DNA of 64,000 nt from Candidatus Cloacimonadales bacterium (GTDB taxonomy: Bacteria > Cloacimonadota > Cloacimonadia > Cloacimonadales > JAIOQZ01): positions 832,001 through 896,000 of the forward strand of contig CAXXTU010000002.1 of NCBI GenBank assembly GCA_963662655.2, written 5' to 3'. This document shows positions 37,405 through 47,870 of the stretch, piece after piece. The position numbers and the translations under genes were made by a program. How positions within the stretch are numbered: position 1 is the stretch's first letter; each line of letters opens with the position of its first letter. The notes below the pieces were generated by a model that was not told where the DNA came from, searched no databases, and saw nothing but the letters and a program-made list of their open reading frames with translations.

Positions 37405-38490
37405 ATGCAAAAATACAGGTTCGTGGATTTAAATAATGCTCATTATGACATGTTGCTGGTTTTCATGCGGAAAGTTCATCCCCGCCGCAAACGAATAGAA
37501 GCCTACATTCAACATTTCATCATGGACAATCCTTACCGTTCATCTTCAATGCCTGCTTTGAGGGGGCTGTTATTACTGTGTGATGAGGAGATCGTCGGAA
37601 GCTTTCTATTTCTTCCCTTCATGGCACATACAGAAGGCAAGGAATACGCTGGGGCATTCGGGTATGATTTAATCATTGATGAGCAACATCGAAGAAGGGA
37701 ATTGGGGATTAAGCTTTTTATGTCTGGATTGGCGAAGTTCGAGTGCTTCGCAGCGATCGGTTCATCTCCTTCAGCGCAAAAAGGATACAGAGCTATGAAA
37801 TATATAGAATTACCGCCAGGGTGGTTATTCACTCTCTACCGCACAAAGCTTCTTCATTTTCTGTTCACGACAAAACGAGTTTTTCGCTTCACCTTATTAA
37901 ACAAGCTACGTAACAGGTGCAGAAAACTTTTCTTGGCGATGAAGTACGGAAACCAGTCAAGCGCTCTTCACAAGGATCGGTCATTCCCAGATATAATCTC
38001 AGGAGGAATGTTCTATAAGGTGGAACGTCCAGATAAGTTACGTATACCAAATCCTTTGCCGGATTTGTTATCATTTATTCGCACCAAAGACTTTGCGGAA
38101 TGGGCTTACTTCTCCGACGAACTACCTTGTACTGTTTACCAGAGAAGAGATAGCAACGACTACTTCGTTGCCAGGCTCAGCTATTATAACGACTTACCTT
38201 GCCTAATGTTAATGGACTATCAGGTGTCGGATGTTCAGGATATCCGTGATGTTGTTAGCTCATTTAAAAACCTGATGACCCGGATGTTGATCGATTCAGC
38301 AATATCGATCAGTTCTTTTAAAAATAGCGACGAAGCATTTATTGCCAGTGGTTTCGAAAAAGAACCGTTAAGGACAATCTCCTTTCAAGTGAATTTTGGA
38401 GAACACCCAGGGAAAATTTGTTCCGACAATAGAGAAGCTGCCTTCTTCAACATTATCGATAGCGATATGAGTGGATGCTTCGGCTGGTAA
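37405..38490 (+). CDS. GNAT-fold hypothetical protein
   Basis: DLIIDEQHRRRELGIKL resembles acetyl-CoA-binding motif A; AT-rich. Confidence 0.6.
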   Translation: MQKYRFVDLNNAHYDMLLVFMRKVHPRRKRIEAYIQHFIMDNPYRSSSMPALRGLLLLCDEEIVGSFLFLPFMAHTEGKEYAGAFGYDLIIDEQHRRRELGIKLFMSGLAKFECFAAIGSSPSAQKGYRAMKYIELPPGWLFTLYRTKLLHFLFTTKRVFRFTLLNKLRNRCRKLFLAMKYGNQSSALHKDRSFPDIISGGMFYKVERPDKLRIPNPLPDLLSFIRTKDFAEWAYFSDELPCTVYQRRDSNDYFVARLSYYNDLPCLMLMDYQVSDVQDIRDVVSSFKNLMTRMLIDSAISISSFKNSDEAFIASGFEKEPLRTISFQVNFGEHPGKICSDNREAAFFNIIDSDMSGCFGW

Positions 38491-38501
38491 GAGGATAAAC
38501 A

Positions 38502-39497
38502 ATGAAGAAGATGAAAAGATTTGTGAAAGGAAAAGCTTTGGGGCTTGCCCAAAGAATCGATCAAAAAGCAGGACAAGCAGCCCACGACAACAGGAAACCA
38601 CCTAAAGGACTCATATCGTTGTTGTTTCATTCCATTTACAAGGATCGCTCTGAAACATCCATTCCGTTACTTGCAAAGAATCAATACATAACCGTTCAGG
38701 ATTTGCAGTATATACTTGAGTGGTTGCTAGAGGCTGGCTGTTCATTTATCTCGCTTGCCGATATCGTCGCCGGAAATCTTAGAAGCGATAGGACTTACGT
38801 CGCTCTAACATTTGACGACGGGTATTTCAATAATACAAGGGCAATACCTGTTATCCAGGAATTTCAAATACCGATGGCGGTCTTCCTTGCTCCGTACTTT
38901 TCATCAAACCAGAGTCTATACTGGTGGGATGCGATTTCTTCTGAATTGGGCTTTGAAACCTACACATCGATGCGTCCCGAAATTCTTCGTAGTCGTTGGA
39001 GCGATATCAAGAAGCAACTGGAGTCGATTAAGACTGATATATTAATGCCGAAGTCTGATTTGCATCGGCCACTCACCGAGGATGAAATAACCGATCTCTC
39101 ACAAAATCCATTGATAACCTTCCACAATCACACGATGCATCATATAACGATGACAGACGCTTATTCTGATGACGAGATTCTTGAGGATATCCGAATCGGT
39201 GAAGAAGAGATTGTTCGCCTGTCAGGGACACCTTCTTCTGCTTTTGCATATCCGGTTAATATTCATGATAATCGAGTGATTGATATCATGGCGAAAACAA
39301 GCCATCATGCCGCTTTTACTGTATCCCCCGGTATTCAGCATTATCCGTTTCCGATAAAATCGCCATCAGCCTTTCATTACCCAAGATATCTGGTTTTTTC
39401 AAATGGAGACAACAAACATCTGGAAAAACAATTAGCCGCAATTCTATCTCCCATATCCGTTCGAGAAAAGCTAGTTAGCTTGATGCGAAAATTTTGA
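38502..39497 (+). CDS. polysaccharide deacetylase family protein
   Basis: LLFHSI, TFDDGY, HTMHH and FAYP motifs. Confidence 0.88.
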   Translation: MKKMKRFVKGKALGLAQRIDQKAGQAAHDNRKPPKGLISLLFHSIYKDRSETSIPLLAKNQYITVQDLQYILEWLLEAGCSFISLADIVAGNLRSDRTYVALTFDDGYFNNTRAIPVIQEFQIPMAVFLAPYFSSNQSLYWWDAISSELGFETYTSMRPEILRSRWSDIKKQLESIKTDILMPKSDLHRPLTEDEITDLSQNPLITFHNHTMHHITMTDAYSDDEILEDIRIGEEEIVRLSGTPSSAFAYPVNIHDNRVIDIMAKTSHHAAFTVSPGIQHYPFPIKSPSAFHYPRYLVFSNGDNKHLEKQLAAILSPISVREKLVSLMRKF

Positions 39498-39550
39498 TGT
39501 AAGAAACCCGGTAGAAATGTTCTGGATGTTCACGGCTTTGCGTTGCAAAG

Positions 39551-39579
39551 AAAAAGCCGCATCGTGATGATACGGCTTT
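39551..39579. terminator. terminator between convergent genes
   Basis: aaagccg/cggcttt stem. Confidence 0.7.
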
Positions 39580-39599
39580 CCATAATATAATTTACATTC

Positions 39600-42500
39600 T
39601 TATTTTAGCATGATCATCTTGCGGATATCCTGAATCGTCTCCTCGGATGAAACAGCCCTGAACTTACAGAAGTAGATTCCCGAAGAAACCGGCTTGGTCG
39701 CTTCGTCTTTTCCATCCCATTTGATGGAGTGGAATCCGGCTTTCAGATCATCGTCATAGAGAACCTTCACAAGCTGACCGCGTGTGTTGTAGATAAGGAT
39801 TTCCACCGATGAATCGTGTTTCAGGCCGAACTTCACCTTGGTCTCGGGATTGAACGGATTCGGGTAGTTCTGATACATGACAGTCTTCTGTGGTTCCACG
39901 CTGCCGATGGTCTGGGATTGGCCCAGCGTGAAGCTGAAGTCCGCAGGATCGGAATCGACATCGATGGACGCTTCAACGCTCTCGTAGCCGTCCTTCTCGA
40001 TGGTTACGCGGTAAAGCTCCATATAGATGCCGGAAATCGTCACAACGCCTTCCTCGTCCGTGTAGAGATTGAACTCCATGTTGTACAGACCGTCTTCGCC
40101 AAACACGCCGATATAAGCGTTGTCGATCGGCGTTTCACCATCGCTTTCGTAAACCGTTATCGTGGCTTCGGCAAAACGTTTGATCGGGATATCGTCCGAA
40201 TAGAGCTGCTCGCTCTCTCCCGACGTATACACGGCGGCAAGGCTGTAGCGATACGTTCCGTCCGGTTCGTCCAGAAGGTCGTCAACGTAGTCGTGAGTTG
40301 TTGTTTGTGCGATTTCCTTCCAGTTACCGTCGTTCAGGCGACGCTTCACCGAGTAATAGGTGAGCTCGCGAGCGCCCTTCATTTGCACGTCCTTTCTTCT
40401 TGAGGACATGAGGTCGCGCCTTGTGACGCTCGGTGTGTATTCTTCCCAGTTCAGGTGTACGCGATAAACCGCATCCAACATCCAGGTGAATTCGAGCGGC
40501 TGGACCGGTGAATGGAGCGCAAGCGGTATCTGCTGGCGCATCATGTTGCCGGCTTTATCGGTCGCGACAAGGTGAATGGAATACTGTCCGTCGTCGCTTC
40601 CGTCGTTCGCGAGCGGTGTTCTGAGTGTCCAGATGACCAGAGAATCCGCATCCACAAAGGGTCCGTACGAATGAAATCCCGAAACGATTTCATCATTAGG
40701 ATCGAACAGGGCTACCTTCGTCAGGTTGGGGGTGTAGTACATCCCCGAGGTTAAGTCGGAGTACTTCACCTGAATCTGGGTAATTCCGGTACTCGATTCC
40801 GTGCTGTCTCCGGTCACTTCACGATAGATGCCGTTCAGGTCGCGGTAGAGGACTTCTATCGGTTCGGGAACGACGGTATCGTACATCATGTATTGATACT
40901 CGTGATAGACCGCGCCCAATTCGTTCTCGGCACGAATGCTGACGGTGTAAAGGCCATCGTCTTCCCCATCCGTGTGAAGCTCGCCGTCCAGCTCGAGCCG
41001 GACGACCATGCTGGAATCCGTGGGTTCGTAATAAAGATCGCCGCCGTGCGGAGAATAAACGGAATCCCCGCTCGGGAAGTACATGCGAATGTAGGTCTTG
41101 TCCCAGTCCTCGACAATCCCGAAGTAATCCTTGAATTCACCTTCCAGCTCCGGAGGATTGAATTCATGCGTATTCACGTAGGTGTAGTCCATTCCCCAAG
41201 GCATCCAGTCAATGAGCTCCGGTGTCGGATCGGATACAAACAGGAATTCATAGGTATAGGTTCTCGAGTTCCCCGCCATATCCGTGGCTTTCAGCGCGAT
41301 CTTGTAGTTCGCCGAGCTATCTTCGCCGGGCACGATCGGATCGTTGAGAATCCAGCGATACTGTCCGCTGACCACTCGTTTGATGCCGGATACGAGGTTG
41401 TCGTCGGAATCCTGGAGCACGAGATAGGTCAGGTTCGGAGCCGGATTCAGCCCGGAGGTCGCATCGTAGAAATTTACCATGATCGAATCGATGCGCCCCG
41501 AGTAATAATCGCTGCGCAGGAAGCCGCGGAGTGGGTTATCCTTGTTCTGGAAATCCACCTTGTTTCGATTGATGCTAACGCTGAATGGTGCCGGCTGTTC
41601 TTCCTTCTCATCCTTTCCTCTCGCGGCGACAGGATAGGAATTCACCTGAAGATTGCTGTAGACCGGCTTGGTGCTGTCGTAAACAAACGAGTACGACATG
41701 GGAATTTCTTCCCCTTCATCGAGCGCTAGATAGACATTCACCTGAAAATTCCCGTCATCGACCCCCGTCAATGAGAGCGGTTCCTGGAATTGAAGATTGA
41801 TCACGGTCGTCGAATCGGTAAACGAGAAGCTGAGCGTTGCGCCGGATCCCTCGCTCGGAGAAGAAGGATCGCCGATGATGTTTCCATCGGGATGCAGCAC
41901 CTCGAGGTAGCTGAGGTTGGCGTTTATGTCTTCCTCGACCAGCTCGTAAACTTCCACGGAAGCATGGTTCACGTTTCCGTTCTGATACGAGAGGTCTGCC
42001 GGGTAGAAATCCGCCTGCACGGTGTTCAGAAGGAACCTAACGCTATCGACGTAGGTGTTACCCGCCAGATCCATCACAGTCGCTTTGATGTAGAATTCCT
42101 TGTTGATCGCTTTGAGCGGCGAATTCATGATGTATCGAACCATATTGGATGATGGCTGGCTGCTTGCTCCGGCGATCAGTTCGTCTTGATCGTTAAAGAT
42201 ACGAACCATACAGGAATCGATGATGATTCCGTAATTGTCGGAAACAGAAGCATCGATCAAAAGAATCGGCTGATTGATTTCTTCTCCGCCATCGATGTAC
42301 TGATAGGTGTTGTCCTCGAGAGACAGACCGATGTTATCGACTTCGGGAAGAATGTTGTCGTAAGAAAATTCGTAGGTTTCGCCGAACGCGACGCCATCTG
42401 TGTTTTCCAGACGATACTCGACGTTGTACTCGCCAATCTGCGCGAGCGGCGAATCGAGGGTCAGGTTCAGCGTGTAGAGCGGATTCTGGCTCGAATCCAG

Positions 42501-45500
42501 ACTCAGGCTCGCGCCTTCCCCATCCTGAACAACGCCACCCGTAGGCGTATGCAGGATGATATACGTATTGTCCGAGTCGTCGTCCACGCCGATCGCTTCG
42601 GTGAAGACAATGCTGATTGTGTTGTCAACAAGCGCGTTGATTACCGAATCCGGCACGGGGACTCGCTGGCTGACCTGCGGTGCGTTCGAGGCCGTCAGAA
42701 GGAAATCGATGCGGCCCATCAGCGCGTTGCCGGCGATGTCCGCTGCCTTGTAGCGCAGTGAATACCCTCCGGAATTATTCTCGTTGACTTCGATCGGATG
42801 GGTTAGAATCCAGACTGCTGTATCGCCTTCGTAGTGAAGCGTGCCGTCTATCTGGTTCCCCGCTCCGTCATGCAGATGAACATACGACTCAGTGGTGTCG
42901 ATCGTCGATGTGACGTCTTGCATATCGATCCTTACCCACTCGACAGAATGGTTGATGATCATGTTGTCGAAAACCGGCGTCTCCGAATCCTGATTGCAAA
43001 TGGTTGCGTTGGAGACAGTGGGCAATCCGCTGTCGAACACGAAATACGTGGTGTCGCGCGTTACGGAACCGCCGCTTTCGCCCTGGAAATTGTCCTGCAC
43101 CGTCCAGCGCACCTCGTATTCTCCATCGCCGAGCGCACTGTTCGGTGTGAAATCGAAGGAATAATCGTCCTCACCGAGACTGGTGAAGGCTCGCGTCCCG
43201 GCCACATAGGTTCCCGAACTATTCAGCACGAGAATCTGGCTGCCGTTGAAGTGGAGCCCCGCTCCCTCGTAATCGTGGACGATCGCCGAGACGTGGTTGT
43301 CGATCAACTCGTTGACCACCGCGCCGTCCGCGGGACTGAAGCTCATGATATCCGGCGGAATAATCGCACGATACTCGAAGTGAACCGAGTCGGTCGTTGT
43401 GGCGCTGTTGCCGAGGAGGTCCGCGCCTTTCACCCACATATCGATATCGAGCTGCTCGATGTCATCGTTGACGATGTAGTCGTAATAATAGGTACTGGAG
43501 GTAGGATTCTGGCGCGTAGCCACATGCCAGCTAACGGTGTTTCCGTAGAGCGAGAAGCCGAACTTCACCGTGTTCTGATCGACGCCAATCCCGTTGTTGT
43601 CGTTCACGTAAGCTCGCACACGGATCGAGTCCTGGCGGAAAAGCGTGTCCGGCGGCGGGAATAGCGGATCGATGAACGGCGGCGAGGAATCAAGATGCAC
43701 CGTCACCGAGTTGGACGCCTCGCCAAGATTGTAGGCCACGTCCCGCAGTTTTACAAAGATGTGATTCTCACCTTCCTCGAGGTTGACCGGGAACTCGAAG
43801 TACCCGGGATAGTCCGGCGTAGTCTGCACGACACCCTGGTAGACGTCGTTGAGGTAAAGCAGCACTTCCGAGGTGATATCGTTGCTGATGCCGCCCATGG
43901 TGATTGCAGGTGTGTTGACGTATGTTTCACCGCCCAGCAGGAAGATGTCCGCGGGTTCCGGGCCAACGTTGTCCACCACGAGCGGAATATGCATGCTGAC
44001 CACGTCCTCGCTGATGGAGACATCCTGGGCCGTCACTTCGACCTGGTATTCGAGCTGATCGTTGGTGGCAACGGGATCCCCCATATAGTTGAGACCGTTC
44101 CAAAGCGTATAGTTCGATGTGGGCGTGTCCACGGCATCGACCAGGGTCGCCACGACCGTATCGGCCATCACATCCCAGACCTTCACGGTTACGTACCCCC
44201 GCTCGGAAACCTGATACTGGATCACCGCCTGATCGAAGTAGCCGTCCAGGTTTTGCGGCGATATCGTTGCCGGATTGACGGTCGATGTTACCTCGATCGG
44301 ATAGTTGTTCACGAGAAGCTCGCCCGATTCCTCCTGGGCGTGCATCGCCTGGTCGGTTACGATCGCGCGGTAGATGTAACGCCCGTCCGGCATGATATCG
44401 TCATCGATGTCGATGTTTCCCGGAATGGTTACGTTGTACATGAAATTCGGCGAGATCATCGTACCCGGATAAAGCGGGTGTTCCACGTTCTGGAAATCGC
44501 CGTAGTATATGTCGTAAAGGCTGTTCAGGCTGTAAGGACTTCCGCCGCCGTTGAAGATATTGAACGTACAGTTACCTTCCACGATGAAGAGCCGGAGGTA
44601 ATCGTAACCGGTGTAGTTGTCTTCGTTGTCGGATTCATGGTCGTCCGAGCCGACCCCCGAGACGGTTAAATACGGGTAGTTGATGGTCCCGATCTTGAAC
44701 ATCGTCGTTCCGGTCTCGATTTCCACACGGTTGTGCACGCTGGTGCCGTTACCGCCGATGATCAGGTCGTATTTCGCCCCGGGAGATAGCGTTACCATAT
44801 GATTCGGTTCACCGCTGTTGACCCGGACCACGAAGACGTACCCGCCATCGGAGAGTTCATTGAAAACCGAGAGATCTGGCTGAGTAATCGTCAGACCGTC
44901 GCCTTCCTCAACGAAATTGGTTGCGACGTCGTTGGGATACATCGGATCGTTCAGCTCGCGCCACAGGTTTACCCGGATCAGGCCAATGTAACTGACGATC
45001 ACATCATCCACCTGAAAACGGACCTGATGGAAGTCGTTGTAGCCGTCTTCATTCGGAGAGAAGGGATTGGGATAACTTGCGAGAATGTCGATAACTGGAG
45101 GCGCGGTATCCACCTTGATATTGAAATCGCAGATGTATTCCGCGGAGCCGATCAGGATCCCCAGCCCGTAGCTTCCATCCGGAACGATTCCGGGATATGC
45201 GCCGTTGTTCGAGCTACCGTCCCAGTCGAATTCGTTCCAGCCTGCGATTGCCTGGACTTGCGTCTCGAATACGGTTACGTTGCTTTCGTTGAAAATATAA
45301 ATGGTGGTTAGCCCATTACCGCTGACGTAATAGTTAATTGTCGTCTCGTCTTTCTGGCCGTCTCCGTCAGGCGAGAAAGGGTTCGGGATCACTGAAACGT
45401 TGGCGACAGCCGGTGACGGAACGAGGATTTCGACCTCGTGCTCGATCGAAAGGCCGCCGCTGTCTTCCGCGGTGAATGTTATCGTCGCGGTGCCGGCCCA

Positions 45501-46046
45501 GTTTCCTGCCGGAGTAAGTGTCACGACGCCACTAATGATCTCGACATCGATAAAGTTGTCACCGTAATAATCGAAGGTGAGAAAATCTCCATATACAATA
45601 TCATAGTCGTCGAAAACGTAGTTCAGGTTCAGACTCGCGTCCACCGAGTTGTACGCCACCGAGTGGTTGTTCACCGGGTTTTCTACGAACGGTGGATCGT
45701 TCACACCGGAAACCGTTATCGTTACCTGATCCGAAACCGTTTCGCCGTACAAATCCTCGGCGATAAAGGTGATTGTTTCAGAGCCGTTCCAGTTCATTTC
45801 GGGGGTCAGTGCCACCAATCCGTTGGTGATTACGATGGCAATCCTCTGGTTTCCATGATAGGAAAAATCCAGCGGGTCGTTGTTCGCATCGTAGAAAACC
45901 TCGTTGAGATTGATGCTAAGGTCGACGGTATCTTCCTCGAAGCTGAAATCGTCGATTGGATTCGCAACGACCGGCGCTACGTTCTGGGCAAACAGGATTG
46001 TGATGCCGGCCAACGTAAAAAACAGGATGAATAATATACGCTTCAT
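39600..46046 (-). CDS. 2148-aa secreted multi-Ig-domain protein with FlgD-like domains
   Basis: Signal peptide, cadherin-like tandem domains, PNPFSP(D/N)xDG motifs, many DxAGN Ig-like repeats, QNYPNPFNPET C-terminal domain. Confidence 0.85.
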   Translation of the reverse strand: MKRILFILFFTLAGITILFAQNVAPVVANPIDDFSFEEDTVDLSINLNEVFYDANNDPLDFSYHGNQRIAIVITNGLVALTPEMNWNGSETITFIAEDLYGETVSDQVTITVSGVNDPPFVENPVNNHSVAYNSVDASLNLNYVFDDYDIVYGDFLTFDYYGDNFIDVEIISGVVTLTPAGNWAGTATITFTAEDSGGLSIEHEVEILVPSPAVANVSVIPNPFSPDGDGQKDETTINYYVSGNGLTTIYIFNESNVTVFETQVQAIAGWNEFDWDGSSNNGAYPGIVPDGSYGLGILIGSAEYICDFNIKVDTAPPVIDILASYPNPFSPNEDGYNDFHQVRFQVDDVIVSYIGLIRVNLWRELNDPMYPNDVATNFVEEGDGLTITQPDLSVFNELSDGGYVFVVRVNSGEPNHMVTLSPGAKYDLIIGGNGTSVHNRVEIETGTTMFKIGTINYPYLTVSGVGSDDHESDNEDNYTGYDYLRLFIVEGNCTFNIFNGGGSPYSLNSLYDIYYGDFQNVEHPLYPGTMISPNFMYNVTIPGNIDIDDDIMPDGRYIYRAIVTDQAMHAQEESGELLVNNYPIEVTSTVNPATISPQNLDGYFDQAVIQYQVSERGYVTVKVWDVMADTVVATLVDAVDTPTSNYTLWNGLNYMGDPVATNDQLEYQVEVTAQDVSISEDVVSMHIPLVVDNVGPEPADIFLLGGETYVNTPAITMGGISNDITSEVLLYLNDVYQGVVQTTPDYPGYFEFPVNLEEGENHIFVKLRDVAYNLGEASNSVTVHLDSSPPFIDPLFPPPDTLFRQDSIRVRAYVNDNNGIGVDQNTVKFGFSLYGNTVSWHVATRQNPTSSTYYYDYIVNDDIEQLDIDMWVKGADLLGNSATTTDSVHFEYRAIIPPDIMSFSPADGAVVNELIDNHVSAIVHDYEGAGLHFNGSQILVLNSSGTYVAGTRAFTSLGEDDYSFDFTPNSALGDGEYEVRWTVQDNFQGESGGSVTRDTTYFVFDSGLPTVSNATICNQDSETPVFDNMIINHSVEWVRIDMQDVTSTIDTTESYVHLHDGAGNQIDGTLHYEGDTAVWILTHPIEVNENNSGGYSLRYKAADIAGNALMGRIDFLLTASNAPQVSQRVPVPDSVINALVDNTISIVFTEAIGVDDDSDNTYIILHTPTGGVVQDGEGASLSLDSSQNPLYTLNLTLDSPLAQIGEYNVEYRLENTDGVAFGETYEFSYDNILPEVDNIGLSLEDNTYQYIDGGEEINQPILLIDASVSDNYGIIIDSCMVRIFNDQDELIAGASSQPSSNMVRYIMNSPLKAINKEFYIKATVMDLAGNTYVDSVRFLLNTVQADFYPADLSYQNGNVNHASVEVYELVEEDINANLSYLEVLHPDGNIIGDPSSPSEGSGATLSFSFTDSTTVINLQFQEPLSLTGVDDGNFQVNVYLALDEGEEIPMSYSFVYDSTKPVYSNLQVNSYPVAARGKDEKEEQPAPFSVSINRNKVDFQNKDNPLRGFLRSDYYSGRIDSIMVNFYDATSGLNPAPNLTYLVLQDSDDNLVSGIKRVVSGQYRWILNDPIVPGEDSSANYKIALKATDMAGNSRTYTYEFLFVSDPTPELIDWMPWGMDYTYVNTHEFNPPELEGEFKDYFGIVEDWDKTYIRMYFPSGDSVYSPHGGDLYYEPTDSSMVVRLELDGELHTDGEDDGLYTVSIRAENELGAVYHEYQYMMYDTVVPEPIEVLYRDLNGIYREVTGDSTESSTGITQIQVKYSDLTSGMYYTPNLTKVALFDPNDEIVSGFHSYGPFVDADSLVIWTLRTPLANDGSDDGQYSIHLVATDKAGNMMRQQIPLALHSPVQPLEFTWMLDAVYRVHLNWEEYTPSVTRRDLMSSRRKDVQMKGARELTYYSVKRRLNDGNWKEIAQTTTHDYVDDLLDEPDGTYRYSLAAVYTSGESEQLYSDDIPIKRFAEATITVYESDGETPIDNAYIGVFGEDGLYNMEFNLYTDEEGVVTISGIYMELYRVTIEKDGYESVEASIDVDSDPADFSFTLGQSQTIGSVEPQKTVMYQNYPNPFNPETKVKFGLKHDSSVEILIYNTRGQLVKVLYDDDLKAGFHSIKWDGKDEATKPVSSGIYFCKFRAVSSEETIQDIRKMIMLK

Positions 46047-46076
46047 AGCTTAACTCCCATGTAACATAGGCTCTTA

Positions 46077-47870
46077 TCAGGGGCGAACCTGAATGATTTC
46101 AAGGCTTTCGTTATTAACAAGATAGGCAAAGTTATTGGCGATGGTTACCGCTTTCGCGAGGGTGTCCGTTTCGATGGTCGCGATAATATAGGTTCCCGAC
46201 GGTTCTGTGACATCCACGATGATCATACCGTTCGCGCCGTCGGCGATGTAGGCATAGCCCTGGCTGTAAGCCACGGACATAGCGAAACCGCCCGTATCCA
46301 CGCGATTCCACTGAGCAAGGCTGTTTCTGGAGAGCTCTGTCAAGCCGTTCTGGCCGGAGGCGACAAGCAAGCGATCGTTATACATCGCGAGCGAGCGAGC
46401 TTCACCGATCCCGGTCGCCGTTTCGACAATCTCGGGATTGAACGGATCGGATATATCGATCTTTTTCACACCTTCAGCGCCATCGGCAAGGTAAAGGTAG
46501 TTCTGATAAATCTTCAAGCCGTAGCTGATTCCCAGCGTGTTGAGCTGGCTGATAACCCTTGGGTTGGAAGGTTCGTCGTCGTCGAGGGCGATGACAACGA
46601 GGTTGGCCTGTCCGTCCGCGACAAAGGCGTAGGGTTTGTCGTCGATTGTCGTCATCTCCACGTCGTAGGGGATGTCGATGGTTTCGCAGTAACTCAGGAA
46701 AACAGGGCTGGTGATGGAGCTGATGTCGAAGGTGTTCAGACCTCCGTTGTGATTCGTGGCGTACAGGATATCGTTCTTCGCGAAGACGCTCATGCACCTT
46801 CCCGCGAGGTTAATGGTTCCGACGAGAACAGGATTGGACTCGTTCTGAACGTTGACGATCTGAATGCCGTTATACTCGCTGGCGATGAACGCGTACCCTT
46901 CGTAAACGCAGATGTCGCGCCCACCGATCGCCGTAAGGAGCGATCCCTCTTCGCCGATGTTGAACAGCAGGGAAACTTCATCCGAATACGCGGAAAACAA
47001 TGGTTCCCCACCAACAGAATCGGCGTATGCGCGCACACGATACTCGAGTCTCGCAGCGGGAACGCCCACAAAATCAACGTAGGTGGAATCGGCGGTGGAA
47101 GCGATGAGTTCGTATTCGTCGGTTCCCAGCTTGCGCTCCACGAGGAAACCGGTTTGCTGTTCGCTGTTGACGTTCCACATCAGGCCAACCTGCTCCTGCG
47201 AGTACTGTGTTGCGACAAGGTTCGTCGGCGCCGGGAAGGATGGCAGGACGCTATCGTACAGATACTCGGTGCGGGAAAGACCGGAATACGCATAAATTCG
47301 GTACTCCACCTGGGAAGCGAGTTCGACCGAATCGATATAGGTCGTCGAGTTCTCGGCGAGATGAACGTATTCGACCTTCCAGTAGCCGTCGATTTTCTTG
47401 TCGATCTTGTAACCGGCTTCACCGATGGCGTTGTCTTCCCAGGTAAGTTTGAGCGTTTCCTCACTCGCCTGGGTGATGGAGAGGTCCGTAGGAACCGTTG
47501 CTGGAGAGAACCACGCGATCTGCTGAGAGAATTCCGAATAATTGCTGTCTTCGGTATAGTAGGCTCGAACCTTGTAGCTATAGACTACGTTGGAATTGGT
47601 TTCGATTTCATCGATGAATTCTTCGTCGTTGTCTTCCGTAACGGCGTAGGTCGTGTTCCATTCCGCATCGCCTTCCTTACGGGCAATGATGAACAGAAGA
47701 TCGTCGAAGTTCGAACCATAATCCCATTCCAGACGTATCTTACCTTCGGTAACCTTCTCGATCGAAAGGTCGTCAGGCGCGTCGAGATCGTCTTTGTTCA
47801 CTGTTTCACAGCCTGCGATCATCAAGATGACGGCGAGGCCGATAATCAGCAGAAATGCATGTCCCTTCAT
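46077..47870 (-). CDS. lipoprotein with FN3 domains and LVIVD-repeat beta-propeller
   Basis: Lipobox IAGC; three FN3-like units; YAYIADGANGMIIVDV-type repeats. Confidence 0.85.
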   Translation of the reverse strand: MKGHAFLLIIGLAVILMIAGCETVNKDDLDAPDDLSIEKVTEGKIRLEWDYGSNFDDLLFIIARKEGDAEWNTTYAVTEDNDEEFIDEIETNSNVVYSYKVRAYYTEDSNYSEFSQQIAWFSPATVPTDLSITQASEETLKLTWEDNAIGEAGYKIDKKIDGYWKVEYVHLAENSTTYIDSVELASQVEYRIYAYSGLSRTEYLYDSVLPSFPAPTNLVATQYSQEQVGLMWNVNSEQQTGFLVERKLGTDEYELIASTADSTYVDFVGVPAARLEYRVRAYADSVGGEPLFSAYSDEVSLLFNIGEEGSLLTAIGGRDICVYEGYAFIASEYNGIQIVNVQNESNPVLVGTINLAGRCMSVFAKNDILYATNHNGGLNTFDISSITSPVFLSYCETIDIPYDVEMTTIDDKPYAFVADGQANLVVIALDDDEPSNPRVISQLNTLGISYGLKIYQNYLYLADGAEGVKKIDISDPFNPEIVETATGIGEARSLAMYNDRLLVASGQNGLTELSRNSLAQWNRVDTGGFAMSVAYSQGYAYIADGANGMIIVDVTEPSGTYIIATIETDTLAKAVTIANNFAYLVNNESLEIIQVRP

